The position numbers were made by a program, and so were the translations under genes. DNA of 64,000 bases from Mobula hypostoma (taxonomy: Eukaryota): contig NC_086108.1 in the NCBI RefSeq assembly GCF_963921235.1, positions 29,390,001-29,454,000 of the forward strand. Reading direction: 5' to 3'. Positions 1 to 13,676 of this stretch are shown in pieces. The notes under the pieces were generated by a model, which worked only from the letters and a program-made list of their open reading frames with translations, made no database searches and was not told the DNA's origin. How positions within the stretch are numbered: the first letter of the stretch is position 1; each line of letters starts with the position of its first letter.

Positions 1-1075
1 ATAAACGCATCTCCCCCATTTCATGTACATCTGCTCTCACTCCATCCTCCCGCCACCCCACTAGGAATAGGGTTCCCCTGGTCCTCACCTACCACCCCAC
101 CAGCCTCCGGGTCCAACATATTATTCTCCGTAACTTCCGCCACCTCCAACGGGATCCCACCACTAAGTACATCTTTCCCTCCCCCCCTCTCTCTGCATTC
201 CGCAAGGATCGCTCCCTACACAACTCCCTTGTCCATTCGTCCCCCCCATCCCTCCCCACTGATCTCCCTCCTGGCACTTATCCGTGTAAGCGGAACAAGT
301 GCTACACATGCCCTTACACTTCCTCCCTTACCACCATTCAGGGCCCCAAACAGTCCTTCCAGGTGAGGCAACACTTCACCTGTGAGTCGACCGGGGTGAT
401 ATACTGCGTCCGGTGCTCCCAATGTGGCCTTTTATATATTGGCGAGACCTGATGCAGACTGGGAGACTGCTTTGCTGAACACATACGCTCTGTCCGCCAG
501 AGAAAGCAGGATCTCCCAGTGGCCACACATTTTAATTCCACATCCCATTCCCATTCTGACATGTCTATCCACGGCCTCCTCTACTGTAAAGATGAAGCCA
601 CACTCAGGTTGGAGGAACAACACCTTATATTCCGTCTGGGTAGCCTCCAACCTGATGGCATGAACATCGACTTCTCTAACTTCCGCTAAGGCCCCACCTT
701 CCCCTCGTACCCCATCTGTTACTCATTTTTAGGCACACATTCTTTCTCTCACTCTCCTTTTTCTCCCTCTGTCCCTCTGAATATACCTCTTGCCCATCCT
801 CTGGTCCCCCCCCCCCACCTTGTCTTTCTTCCCGGACCTCCTGTCCCATGATCCTCTCGTATCCCCTTTTGCCTATCACTTGTCCAGCTCTTGGCTCTAT
901 CCCTCCCCCTCTTCTCTTCTCCTATCATTTTGCACCTCCCCCTCCCCCTCCAACTTTCAAATCCCTTACTCACTCTTCCTTCAGTTAGTCCTGACGAAGG
1001 GTCTCGGCCTGAAACGTCGACTGCACCTCTTCCTACAGATACTGCTTGGCCTGCTGCGTCCACCAGCAACTTTGA
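1..1075 (+). mobile_element. Penelope-like element, 3' part (GIY-YIG endonuclease remnant, pyrimidine-rich tail, terminal hammerhead)
   Basis: Plus-strand translation FTCESTGVIYCVRCSQCGLLYIGET*...NIDFSNFR* carries the GIY-YIG motif. It is followed by a C/T-rich tract and CTGACGA...GAAACGTC. Confidence 0.85.
987..1022 (+). ncRNA. Minimal type I hammerhead ribozyme (intact core)
   Basis: AGTC-CTGACGA-AGG gtctcgg CCT-GAAA-CG-TC^GACT: helix I AGTC/GACT, core CUGANGA and GAAA, palindromic ACGT helix III, GUC cleavage triplet at 1016-1018. Confidence 0.8.
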
Positions 1076-1199
1076 TATGCAAACTATGCCAGGTGGAAAT
1101 AAGTCCAGGACCAGCCTATTGGCTCAGGGTGTCTGACCCTCCACGGGAGAAGCTGCAAAGTTCGATGGCCACAGGCAAGGACAACCTCCCATGACGCCC

Positions 1200-1915
1200 A
1201 GTGTTGTATCTCAGTGGAATATGGCCAGAGTCCAACAGCAAAAAGTTCAATATCCAGTCTAGAAACACATTCCTCGATCGTAATATGACCAGGATTGCAC
1301 CATCCGTTGTTAACCAGAACACCAAGTCCCCAACTCCTTTACGCTTACCGCTCTCAGTGCACTTCCGGTCAGCCCGAACGGACTGGAAGGCCTCCATGGA
1401 AAAGTTTTGGTCGGGTATGTCCTCGTGCAGCCCCGTCTCAGTAAAACACATAACACTCTACTCCCGAAATGTTCTCTGACTCCTGGCTAGGGCCGTCAAC
1501 TCGTCCATTTTATTACCCACCAAACTCCTCTTCTCCCTAAGTTTCTGTTGTCTCGACCTGGTCCTCTTTCCTCAGCTCTGTGATCCCCCTCTGAATCCTC
1601 TGTGTGTTTTCCTCCAGATTTCAGCAGGAATGTCCGCCACTCTGTTCGCTAAACTGGCCGGCATAAGCGCAATCAACTGGATCCTGGAATAAACAATGCA
1701 ACCATACTGCTGCCCCGCTAATGAAACATGTCCAAATGTAACTATTTCCAGCGCTAAAAACCCAAATCAAACTCTCTCCACCAGCATGTTAGAGAGGGTG
1801 CAGCTTTAACGTGTTACCATGAAAAGAAAATACAACAAATAACGTAAGTTAAAAAAGTAAGAAGACTAGTCGGAACGGCTGTAACAGGCTGCATGCACGT
1901 CTGGTGCATGCGCAC
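1200..1915 (-). mobile_element. Rex1/Babar-like LINE 5' fragment (AP endonuclease start)
   Basis: ORF 1116-1451 gives CFTETGLHEDIPD...VRADR...SGKRKG, typical APE-domain motifs, then frameshifts. Confidence 0.7.
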
Positions 1916-2536
1916 TATTTTGGTAAATTCAGTTTCTCTATTAATCCAGCCAGTTCCATCCAACTCTACTAAATATTTCATGTTCAGAATCTAGAATAAT
2001 CCTAAATAAAACTTCTACTGTACAAGAGTGGTAATGCTCAGCCACTTTAGTGATGACACCCCAGCAACGTGCATTGTACTGACTGACATACAATAGAGGT
2101 TCACAAAAAAAATTAGAATTACTTTGAAATGTCTCAGGTACTTTATTATCTTGAGCCTGAAAAGGCTTAAAAGTGTGAAGTATAAATTAAGAGCACTTTC
2201 TTATCACATTTCAGCAACAATACCTCTTTAATGACGAGATAAGTGGAGCGGTGAAAGCAATGTGCACCTATGCAACTACAGGTTATCTTGCAATAGTTTT
2301 CTCATTGAATCATGAAAACAAAATAAACGAGTTAGAATTGAAGTCAATGTCGGGATGACCGAAGAGGGAATTGCTGCATAGCATGAATTTGTTCATCAGC
2401 ATTAATTATCCAAAAAATTCTCTTAATCAATCTGGCTTTTAACAGACAGTAAGGTTGGCTCTGATTGACTTACCAACAATCAAGTTACTGTGCTAAAACT
2501 AAGTCACAGCAAAAAAACCTTCACAGTCATTGGGTT

Positions 2537-2920
2537 TTCAAAGTTCAAAGATCAAAGTAAAATTTATTTATCAGAATATATACACATCACCACCTATGTC
2601 CCTGAGATTCTTTTTCTGCGGGCATACTTAACAAATCTATAGAACAGTAACTGCAAGGCTCAATGGACAACAAATTATGCAAATATAAATATTAATAAAT
2701 AGCAATAAATAACAACCATTAAAGTGAGACCATTGGTTATGGGAACACAACAAGTAGAATGTGAATTTATCCCCTTTTGTTCAAGAGCCTGATGGTTGAG
2801 CGGTAGTAACTGTTCTTGAACCTGGTAGTGCAAGCCCCAAGGCACATGTACCTTCTACCAGATGGCAGCAGTGAGAAAAAAAGCGTGGCCTGGGTGGTAA
2901 AGATCTTTGATGATGGGTTT
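2537..2920 (-). mobile_element. Short Rex1-type 3'-end derived repeat
   Basis: Tail ttcaaagttcaaag...tttatt and body gttcaagagcctgatggttgag...ctgttcttgaacctgg. The same family is seen at about 57660-57965 and 63398-63930. Confidence 0.6.
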
Positions 2921-4712
2921 TAAGTCACCTTTCAATAAATTCTCTAGCCTCAGTTAGTGAGCAAGCTTTTCACCAAATGATATGCTGGCTTAAATACAAG
3001 ATATAATGGAACAAGGTTTGTATTATGTACTCAGAGCAAGGAAGCAGAATTAAAAATACGATCTTTCTGAGGCACTGATGAGTCAGTGGTGAAAAAAAAT
3101 ATCCGGGCACAGATTCCAAGGCATGCATTAACAGAATACGGAGGATCTAATTTCCCACTCTTTATGGATGAGAAGACATATCAGGTGAAAAAACTTCTTG
3201 GCATCTAATTACATACCCAATGGTCAGATTACTTAATGGACTACTAATAGGATCTTCAGAGAGATTTATTTCTAGCAAATAAACCTTCAAAAATTAATAT
3301 TCTGCTGATGTTTGGATAGGAAAGAGACAAGGCTGTGAAAGACATAGTCTTTCACTATGAAACAAAACTAAGTTTAAAAACTGCTTGTCTCTCACTGTGA
3401 AACAAAATTGCATGCTACTGAAACAATAACGTTCATCTAAAAAATTGCAACAGCATAAAATCCCAGCATTGCTTTAACATTTAATTGAAGGGATGGTGAA
3501 AAAAATGGACAAAATAATGTTAAGACACAATTCTCATGAAACTTAGCCTTACATCAGCAGGGATATCTATTGTGAAGGTGAACCCCAATGCATTTCAATG
3601 ACTGATGAACAATTTTGATGACTAGGAAGGCAGCAAGGTGACAACGTCATCTGAGAAAGAGCACAACTGGGGCATAAAGCTTTGAACCTTTACAGACCTA
3701 GCTAAGAAATTTTTCATGTGTAACTACACATTTCTGACATAACATTATAGTTTAGCTTACACCAACTAACTTCTGCAATTTTCACCCATTCATTCAGGGA
3801 ACATTACTAAAGCCTACTTTTGAAAGTTCATCAACCTGAAACATTAAATCCCACAAAGTTTGCATTTTTAATTCTATTTCTTTCTACTAAGTACAGGATT
3901 CAATGCTTGTACCATGAACATATGTACGAAGTTGTCATATAATGCAGAATGTCTCAGCTATGTGAATAATAATGGGTCAAGTAAAACTTCTATTTTGTTT
4001 TACACTTTTTAGCACATACCAAAAAGGAATCCAATTTAACTCTTTCATTACAGTAAATATAACTGTTCTACCACAGATTGAATGCTGTACAGTTTCTGCA
4101 GTAACAGGGAACTGGATTTTTTTAAAAAACACAAAAGCGAAGGAGCATGTTGGGTATGAAAAACTAGAATCTTCCTAATCTTGCAGCTGCTCTTGAGGAA
4201 ACTACCTGAAGCACCCTTTAGCCTGTAACAACCACAGACTCAGCAAATGCCTGAGAAGGAATTCACAGTATGATATCAATACATGTCAACAAACATAGCT
4301 TCATTAACACAGTCATTCTTCGGGCAAATCAACTGCAACAATCAAGAGTTGAAGTCAAAGTTCTCTTGCTGCTACAACAAAGAGAATGTGGTTGAAGAAT
4401 TAAATGTTCAGCTTAATTCAGGGTTCTCAATTGTTGGCCAATATTATATAATGCAAATATTAAAGTGAAAATAACACTTCTCAGGAATGGTGCATTAAGA
4501 ATGAATTTAAAAACTAAACATGAGACTTTTAATATTCTAAAGCAGTAAAAATAATGAGACTACTTAACTTGAAGATTTTACCAAAGCACTTTTTAAATTA
4601 GATTTTACTTGTTTGAGAAATGGATCACAGCAAAATAATTATGTAAAAACATGGTTAGAATCCACAGACTCCCTTCTCTTGCCTGTGACTCCATTATCTT
4701 GCATGTGTCATG

Positions 4713-5533
4713 TGTGACGCCCAGCAGAGGTACGAGACTGATGATGCTAATGAGAGAGATAAGAAAGACAATGGAGAAACATTCAAAATGCTAATAAGAG
4801 AGAAGAGAGGGATTAACGGGAAAGAAACACAATTCAGCTATTGACAGACCGGTTGCTTTGAACCTGAACTGTTTGAAGTTTGATGGACAGGTGATACCCC
4901 AGCAGGGGGATAAAAGGAGCAGGTTTGCTAAGGTACGGACACACCATGAAACCTTGGGAAGAGCAGTGTGCCCCCACAAGTTGGTGGGAGTTTGAAGGTC
5001 CGGTTCGCGGGAACCGACCAGAGGCTCACAGGGTGTAAAGGTACGATCGGTGGGAACCTGGGGTGTGTGTCCGCCCTTGCCTGAGTGCCGGGTTCACCGC
5101 GGAAGAACGATCGTATCCGGAATGGAGGGGTCACAGTCAGTGACCACAGCGGGATAGAAGACATCAAAGGGTCTGCCCGAAACCAACTGCGAAGACATCC
5201 AAAAGGTCTGCCTGAAACCAAATTGCATCTCTCTCCCTAATGGTATGACAACAGCGATTACTGCGAACGGCAGTAAACTGAACTGAACTTTGCTTCACTT
5301 AAAGACTGATCATTTTACCCCTAGACTGCGATAGAGCTTGGTTGATTCCTATTACCCTAGTTCTCTGTATATGTGTGTATTATCATTGCTAACCTGTTAC
5401 ATTTATATCCTTACGATTAGAGTACTGTATTACTTATTTCTTTAATAAAACTTTATTAGTTCCAAGGAATCGCAGACTCCAACGAGCGTTCCATTTCTGC
5501 TGGTTTGGCAACCCAGTTACGGGGTACATAACA
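4713..5533 (+). mobile_element. Solo LTR (Gypsy-like)
   Basis: TG...CA termini (TGTGACG...CATAACA), TATA-like gataaaag near 4909, AATAAA near 5444, internal ~30-bp duplication (5157-5220). TSD is ambiguous. Confidence 0.65.
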
Positions 5534-7089
5534 TGTAATAGGGAAACAAACAAACACAAAAAAATGTCACAGGACTCTGAGAAGTCAGTCAGCACTGATG
5601 GAGGAAAATGGACAGTTCATGTTTCGGATTGAGAACCTCCATCTGGAGGTTGACAGTTCATTGATGGTCCATTTCCCTCCATGGATGTTGCTTGACCCAC
5701 CCGAGTTCCTCCAGCAGCTTGTTTATTTTTTGCTCCGAATCCTAGCATCTGCAGTCTCTGTGCTTCCAAGAAATAAAAACAATTCTGCAATTTAGGGAAA
5801 ACCAAAAGCAGTTGAGCAATGTACTTTTATATGTACAAGAGTAAATTAACTTAACCAAACATTCATTTTGTAGGCCACCTAAATTTTGTTAAGCCTTCTC
5901 AGTTACTCATTGTTACAAAAAGACACAGGAATAAAAATGCTGGGAGTGGCTCAAATGGATGTCAAACAAATCGAAGCTGAAGTAGGCTGCTTGCTCTGCC
6001 CACCTTGCAGTCATTCACTAAGATCACAGCTGAGCTTTTTCTCCTTGCTTTCCTGTACTGCTGGTATTCCATGATTCCTTTATTATCAAAAAGTTGTTAA
6101 TCTCTGCATTGAATATACTCATCAATTATTGCTAATGTCCATAGGCAAAGAAGTCCGAAAGATGCACCAGTGGTCAGGTGAAGAAATTTCTTCCCATACC
6201 TGCCATGAATGGCCGACTCGTTATCCTGAGGCTAGACTCCCTGATTTTGACACCCTGGTCGGGGAAATATCATCTCTGTATTTGCTCTGTCAAACCCGAG
6301 ATGAATTTTGCTCGTTTTAATAGAGATCATTTGTCCTTTTAACCCTCCTCCATGCCAGTTATCAGCACATTTTTATTGCATGTATTCTAGTCCTGAAGTA
6401 GGGAGACCAGACACGTACATAATGCTCTCAGTGCATTTGCACCAAGGCTCAATATAATAATGCCTTTACTTTTGTACGGAATGTGTGGCAACACTTGCAG
6501 GCTACCCCCAGGTCACCCTTAGGTTGTGTTCGTTGTTAATGCAAATGACACATTTCACTGTATAATTTGACATACATATGATAAATAAATCTGAATACTT
6601 CTCGCAGTGAAAAGCAACCTGATATTTACCTTTCTAATACATCCGTACCTGCAGATTAGTTTTCAATGATTTATGTTTAAGGACATACCAGACCCTGTGA
6701 ATGCCAACTTTTCAAGTCTCTTGCCATTTAAAAAGCACTGTGCTATTCTATTTATTTCAGATTTTTCATATATTCCATCTCCACACTCTCACCAATTAGC
6801 TAACTATATAATCCCTTGAATGCTCTCAACATCTTGTTCACTCCTCATACTTCCACCCAGCTTTGTATCATCAATCACTCCTGTATATTACACATGATCT
6901 ACCCCTCCAAAAAATGGCACAGATTGTTGCCAAGGAGGATCCAGCACCATCGCTTTGGTAACCTATTATTTACCATCTGTCAACCAGAAAAAAAAGACAT
7001 TTTTTCTCACACTTAGTTTTCAGTCCATTACAGCTCAAGCTCAAAAGATTTGCCAAGCATGAACTTCTTTTAAATAATACTTTAATAAT

Positions 7090-8625
7090 ACTTCATACTT
7101 TATTCTCGCCAAACAGTTGATACTAAAACGTACAATCATCACAGCGATATTTAGTTCTGCGCTTCCCACTCCCTGGATTACAAATCAATAGTAAATATTA
7201 AAAATTTAAATTATAAATCACAAATAGAACATAGAAAAATGGAAAATAAGGTAGTGTAAAAAAAACCGAGAGGCAGTTCTGGATATTTGGAGGGTACGGC
7301 CCAGATCCGGGTCAGGATCCGTTCAGCAGTCTTATCACAGTTGGAAAGAAGCTGTTCACAAATCTGGCCGTATGAGTATTCAAGCTCCTGAGCCTTCTCC
7401 CGGAGGAAAGAGGAACGAAAAGTGTGTTGGCTGGTGGGTTGTGTCCTTGATTATCCTGGCGGCACTGCTCTAACAGCGTGCGGTGTAAGGTGAGTCCAAG
7501 GACGGAAGATTGGTTTGTGTGATGCGCTGCGCCGTGTTCACAATCTTCTGCAGCTTCTTCCGGTCTTGGACAGGAAAACTTCCATACCAAGTTGTGATGC
7601 ACCCAAGAAGAATGCTTTCTACGGTGCATCTATAAAAAATTAGTGAGGGTTTTAGGGGACAGGCCAAGTTTCTTTAGTTTTCTCAGGAAGTAAAGGTGCT
7701 GGTGGGCCTACTTGGCAGTGGACTCTGCTTGGTTTGACCAAGTCAGGTCATTTGTGATATTGACCTCGAGGAACTTAAAGCTTTTGACCTGTTCCACATG
7801 CGCACCACCGATGTAAATTGGGTTGTGTGGTCCACAACTCCTTCTGAAGTCAACAACCAATTCCTTTGTTTTGCTGACGTTGAGGAATAGGTTATTGTCT
7901 TCGCACCACGCCACCAGGTTCTTAATTTCCTCTCTGTACTCAAACTCATCATTACTCGAGGTACAGCCTACAATTGTGGTGTCATCAGCAAACTTATATA
8001 TTGGGTTTGATGGAAACTTGGCTACACAATCATGGGTGTACAGTGAGTACAGCAGGGGGCTGAGTACACAGCCTTGTGGGGCACCGGTGCTCAGAGTGAT
8101 TGTAGAGGAGAGCTTGTCCCCTATTTTTACAGCCTGGGTCCTATCTGTGAGGAAGTTGAAGATCCAGTTGCAGATCTGAGTGCTAAGGCCCAGGAGTCAG
8201 TTTATTTGGAATGATGGTATTAAAGGCAGAGCTGTAGTCAATGAATAGGAGCCTTACACATGCGTCTTTATTCTCCAGGTGTTCTAAGGAGGAATGTAGG
8301 GCCAGAGAGATGGCATCTGCCATTGACCTGTTGCTCTGGTAGGCAAATTGCAAAGCGTCGAGGTTGACCGATAGACTGTGGTTGATGTGTGCCATAACCA
8401 ATCACTCAAAGCACTTCATAGCAATTGATGTCAGAGCCACAGGTCGATAGTCATTCAGGCATGCCACCTTGCTCTTCTTCGGCACTGGGATTATCGTTGC
8501 CTTCTTAAAACACGAGGGGATCTTAGACTGAAGCAAGGAGCGGTTGAAGATGTCAGCGAACACTCCAGCTAGCTCGTTTGCACAGGCCCAGAGAACCTGT
8601 CCCGGGACGCCATCTGGGCCCATCA
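7090..8625 (-). mobile_element. Rex1/Babar LINE, 5'-truncated RT portion with stops and frameshifts
   Basis: ORF pieces [59 protein letters not shown]. Confidence 0.9.
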
Positions 8626-8629
8626 ATTT

Positions 8630-10600
8630 GGCCTAAGATTTTTATTACTTTTCTATATGCTCCATTCCCACTTCCCCTACTACTGCAAACAGGGTTAAAG
8701 ATATGTATTTCTCTGTTTTCTCTCTGCTTTCTTTCTTGACTAGTGGGATTACATTTGCCACCTTCCAATCTGTGGGAACCACTCTAGAAACTATGAAATT
8801 CTAGACCTATGCCACCTCCAAGGACAATTCTTTCAAAATCTTGGATGCAGGTTATCAGGTTGTAAAGTTTTATCAGCCACCTGCCCCATCAATCTTTCCA
8901 ATACTTCCTTGACGAATACTAATTACTTATTTCCACCCTCTTGAGACCTGTTGCACTCAACTATTTCCTGGATGTTTATCAAGTCTCTTTACATTTTAAA
9001 TTTTTTCCCTGCCATTTACTTATTGCCTAATACGAACATACGTGTTTCCAACTATAAACACCCAACATCAACTTTTTTCTAACTGGTTCCATTTCATACT
9101 GTATATCTATAGAAACATTTACATTGTACTAATGTTTTTCTGTTTGGTGGTTCTTGTATTCTCCTCTCCCATTTCTTTTTCATATTTTTGCTCTCCTTTG
9201 CTGAATACTAAATTTTTTCTGAATCCTCAACCTCACTGCTTTTCGGCAGAAATAAACCTTGGCTGATACACTTACAAGATATATTTTGCACTTCTAAAGG
9301 TAAAATGCTTGTCATTCATTTAAATATCAAACTGCTTAACAGGCATGTCTTTAATTAGTTTCCCAGATTACAAAAACAAATTCACATTTTATAATTTGAT
9401 AGTTTAATTTACTTGGATTTAAGGTCTTGACTTCAGAGTTAACCAAATCACTTCCAAATTTGATCTAAAATCCTATAATCTTATGACTTCTTGTTCTTGA
9501 TGGCCCCTATCTAGCTATAAAATTATTAATCCTTCTTCATTGTACAACAGTGAATATTAAAAAAGTTAGTTTTCCTCAATTTGTTAAAATGCTATCTTGT
9601 ACACACTTTATAAATTTGCCCTCCACGTTATTATTGCTAATGTGGTTTGCCAAAGTTCCCCAAGGTCATTTTAGTATCTTTATTACAGATTTCTTGATTT
9701 TTACTACTGTATACCCCATACTTGCCCTCACATGAATCCTTTATCTCTTCCATGCCCACTATTTAGATTAGGCGTTAACTATAACCTCAGTTATTTCAAT
9801 TTCTAGGGTACTGATCACAGCTCGAATCGTGAAGACCATTCCATCAGAACAACCCCTGCTGCTCATAGTGTCTCTGATTTCACACAAACTTTTGAGCCAT
9901 GCTTTTTACTGGGATCGAAGTGACCCTCTACAAATGTACATGTTGCTCAGATAATCATAGCTGGATTACAACCTGACAGGTTCCCTTTGGTCTTTAGCTT
10001 CTCTTATACCTTCAAAAAAATCTTCCTTCTTAGTTCATTCTAAGTCTCCATCATGGGTTTCCAAATGGACCATTACAACTTGAATTTTCCCCTCCTTTTC
10101 CAAGTTCCTCTCCAACCAAACCGTGAAGAACTTAAAGAGTATCAAGCAGGTAGCACAGCCCTTGGGTCTACGGGTTGTGGCTCTAGTGACCAGTATTTAT
10201 ACTTCTTACTGTCTATTACTACCACATTCCTTTCCACTCCCTCTAATGCATCTCACTCCATATGCTACCATCACTTTGCTCATCCCTCGTTGCCTCTGTT
10301 CTCACTGACAGACTACAAAAAAATTTCTACCTTTTAGACAATGGCAAAAGGTGTGGCTCTTTCAATTGCCTCCCTCAGTAACACCCCTCCGGTCCATCCT
10401 ATTACTGCATCGTTTAATCTAAGGGATATCATGCTCTTTTGGGGCAAAATCCCCAGGTAGTTTTCCCTCTCCCAGATACACCACAGTGTCTGAATGTTGG
10501 CCTTCAGCTCACCACCTCTGAACCAAAAATCCTCAAACTCCAGATAGTTACTATAGATCACGTTGATTTCCATCTGTTCCCATCACCTGCCCTGTCACAG
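8630..10600 (-). mobile_element. Highly decayed old CR1 LINE (continues at about 6090-7020, interrupted by the Rex1)
   Basis: Remnants such as DWKVANVIPL-like sequence at about 8740-8770 and CR1 3'-like sequence at 6090-6450. Confidence 0.45.
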
Positions 10601-11605
10601 CTATGCTAAATTTATTTTACTTGTCTGTTGTTCTTCAATTATAAAACAAAATCCATCACTGCCCCGTCTCAAACCCCTTACTCACCAAAATCCACACTCC
10701 ACAGTCAAAGCTTTTGGCTGGCCCTGTACTTTATGCGAAAACATACCATTCTTCAGCAGAACCTACTAATTTAGACCCACAGATACACTATTTCTGAGAC
10801 AGCTAGCAGTCACTACAATTGACTAGTGCCAGCAAGTTACCTGATTAACAGGAAATCTGGCATACTATACCATACTTGTATCATTTTCCCCTTGCTTATC
10901 AGTGCAATGAAAACCAGGTTACAAAAATCTAATGGTGATACCAAGTTAAACCAATAAATACTTAAAATGAAACTTCAACCTTACTCAATATCCGCATTTG
11001 ATAGACAAGGCATTCAGTGGGTACTGCATTCTGTGCCAAAACATGTCTATCTTACCACTTTAGGAAACAGTCCAGTACGATTTTGAAAATAATTATGGCA
11101 CGTGAGTGCGCTGCAAAGAAATAGAAGTGGGTAACCTATTGCACAGGCTGAATGCCCAGTAAAAGAGACACTGTATAGTTAACAAGTACACCCTCAGCAA
11201 AGGGTTATCATACGCATGTAAAAGGAGCAGTCATATTAACTCAGTACAAAATGATTTCTAACATGGTTTTCCCATTTTGTGGCACAGTCAACTCAATGGA
11301 ACTTTATAATTACACCATATAACTCTGATTTTACTTTTAATATACTGAGTACAATAACATCTCTGACAGCAAAGTGTAGATTGTCGCATTGTTACTCTCC
11401 AAGATCTTTAAGTTAATACGGTTCAAAGACCGTATAAAGCTACATTCACATAGGATAAAACTGACTTTCCATTGGTAAGATATACAACAAGAACATGATT
11501 CTCAATGTCCCTCTCATCCCAGTTCAGCATTTTTCTGTAAGTATTGGCAGTTTAAAAATGAGATGAGAACTGCAGGTACAAGATCATAAGATTTATCTTT
11601 TTCCA

Positions 11606-11667
11606 GCTTACAGAATGCAAGGTACATAGCATTCTGCTTACAGAATGCAAGGTACATAGCATTCTGC
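11606..11667. repeat. Perfect 30-bp tandem duplication; each unit has an 8-bp hairpin
   Basis: gcttacagaatgcaaggtacatagcattct x2; the stem is cagaatgc/gcattctg. Confidence 0.9.
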
Positions 11668-13366
11668 ATTCTAAATACTATTGCTGAAGCATCCATCAAT
11701 CGTTCATCCTAGCAGTGGCAATGTCACAAGGGCTTGCTTTCAGGAGTCAGACTGGCCACAGACCCCAGGAAGACACAAAAATAACAGAATTTTTAAAACA
11801 TGTCCACCTCAGAACATTCCTATTCCCTTAAAGCAAAGAGAAATGGCCAACAAATTAAACAGACTTTCTAACTTAAAGCAGATGACTGAAAGCCTTTAAT
11901 AAGGACAGGTTGCTCAACTGCAAAATAGAGACTACTTACATCAATACAAATATTTTTCAATCAAACAAATTCACAAATATAATCTGAAAATACTTTGAAG
12001 AGGGTAGTTTTCTCTATTTTGGTCACCATTTATTTTATCAAAATCACTGTTCAAGTTGATTATCTGGTCATGATAACATTGTTGTTTGCGAGAAGCCTCT
12101 GTGCACACATGTACTGTTACCACAGTAACAATGCTGCTATCAGGAACCTGAAGGAATACTTTCTACTTCCCTTGATAGTTCCAAATCCAACATTTCACAA
12201 GAAGCTCAACATCACCTCCCAAACTCTGCAGTTAAGAACAGGAGCACCAGATGCATGGGAACACCATTACCTGCAGGCTCAAGTCACACTCCATCCTGAT
12301 TTGAATATATAGTCAGTCTCAAATGCTGAATGCCCTGCCTATATCACTGTGGGAGTAACTTCACCTAAAGAACCACAGCAGATTACTACTATCTCTTCCG
12401 GGAAATTCAAAAGGTAAAAAAATGGCTTTCCTGCAAAACCTCCATCCTGCAAAGTCAGCAAGAAAAATGTACTCCAGCGACAGGAAATTGCTTTGTACAT
12501 CCAAGGATCATGAAAAACAATAAATAAGTGCACATACTGCATAAGAGTAAAAGCAAACAACAGAGTTCTATAAGGAGAAGCTAGATAAGTTGGATAAGAA
12601 AAAAAGACATGCTAGCATGGTGGGATAAGGTATCAAGGGTGAGGCCTAGGTGGAACATAAAAAGGCTAAAGACTGCTTGGATCAAATAGTCTATTCTAAT
12701 CAATGAAACAAAAGCTACTTGTCTGGTCCTTCTAAATCAAGTTAAAGCAGTTCAATTATGCCATGCAGATCACTACAACCCCAGTCTGCATTGCAACATG
12801 TTCCCAGGAGACTTGCTTGGGGAACAGTAGACTTGACATACAGTGGGTTGAAAAATCAGACTGTTATCCTGGGATTCTTTCTGGAGAGTGAAATGGGGTC
12901 AGAGAGAAGAGGAGAAAAATAAAAATAAAATCAAACACCAAAATGCATTCATTTTTCAGATAAAGACACAAGAATAGAAAGTAACAACTACTTTTGTCCC
13001 TCAGTCACATTTTCTTGGCGTCAACCAATGATACCTTACGTTTCTGGGCCAGATTCAACTATTCGAATAAAGTTCCTGGCTCAGGCTGCATGTTTTGAAA
13101 ACAGATTTGATATTAACTATAATCTAAGAAGCAAAGAGTCAAAAGAACTGATTGACATTAATATAACACATCCTTAAGCCATTCCAAAATACTTTACAAT
13201 TATCTGATTAATTCAATCTCTAACATGCAAATAACGTGCATGTTACAGTATCTCACTACTTCTTTCTATCTTCAATTTTTGCTCTAATTTAAATTATATA
13301 TATAGTTAAATGCAGAATATACATGTTCTCTCTTGCTCTCCACTAATAAATAAATCTATATATTTA

Positions 13367-13367
<1 letters not shown>

Positions 13368-13402
<35 letters not shown>
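13368..13402. repeat. (CA)n microsatellite
   Basis: Direct inspection. Confidence 0.95.
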
Positions 13403-13406
<4 letters not shown>

Positions 13407-13511
13407 TCATATATATTGATTTCCACAAAGAAATTAATGGGCAGTAAATCCCATTTGATGCACTGCTGTGACACCTTGATTCCTCGGATTATCATGAGCT
13501 TTGATTTAATG

Positions 13512-13676
13512 CAAGGGTGGCCACCTTCTACATTCCATGCATCAATTTTTTCACGCACGAGTTCTATATTAACATATTTTCACAAGAATTGAATGGGGGT
13601 ACAAGAGTTGTACAGCGCATCTGAACTCGTGCGTGAAAAAATTGACGCATGGAATGTCAAAGGTTGGCCACTCCTG
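13512..13676. mobile_element. hAT-type MITE (165 bp) with ~53-bp TIRs
   Basis: Arms caagggtggccacc...cacgcacgagttc and gaactcgtgcgtg...ggttggccactcctg; 8-bp TSD atttaatg/atttagtg. Confidence 0.85.

Noticed and set aside
13040..13075. NFIRIVESGPET as a possible TSEN15 exon 4 (shares IVES)
   Set aside because: Too short; it lacks DSTIVYY and the upstream helix region, and there is an in-frame stop just upstream.
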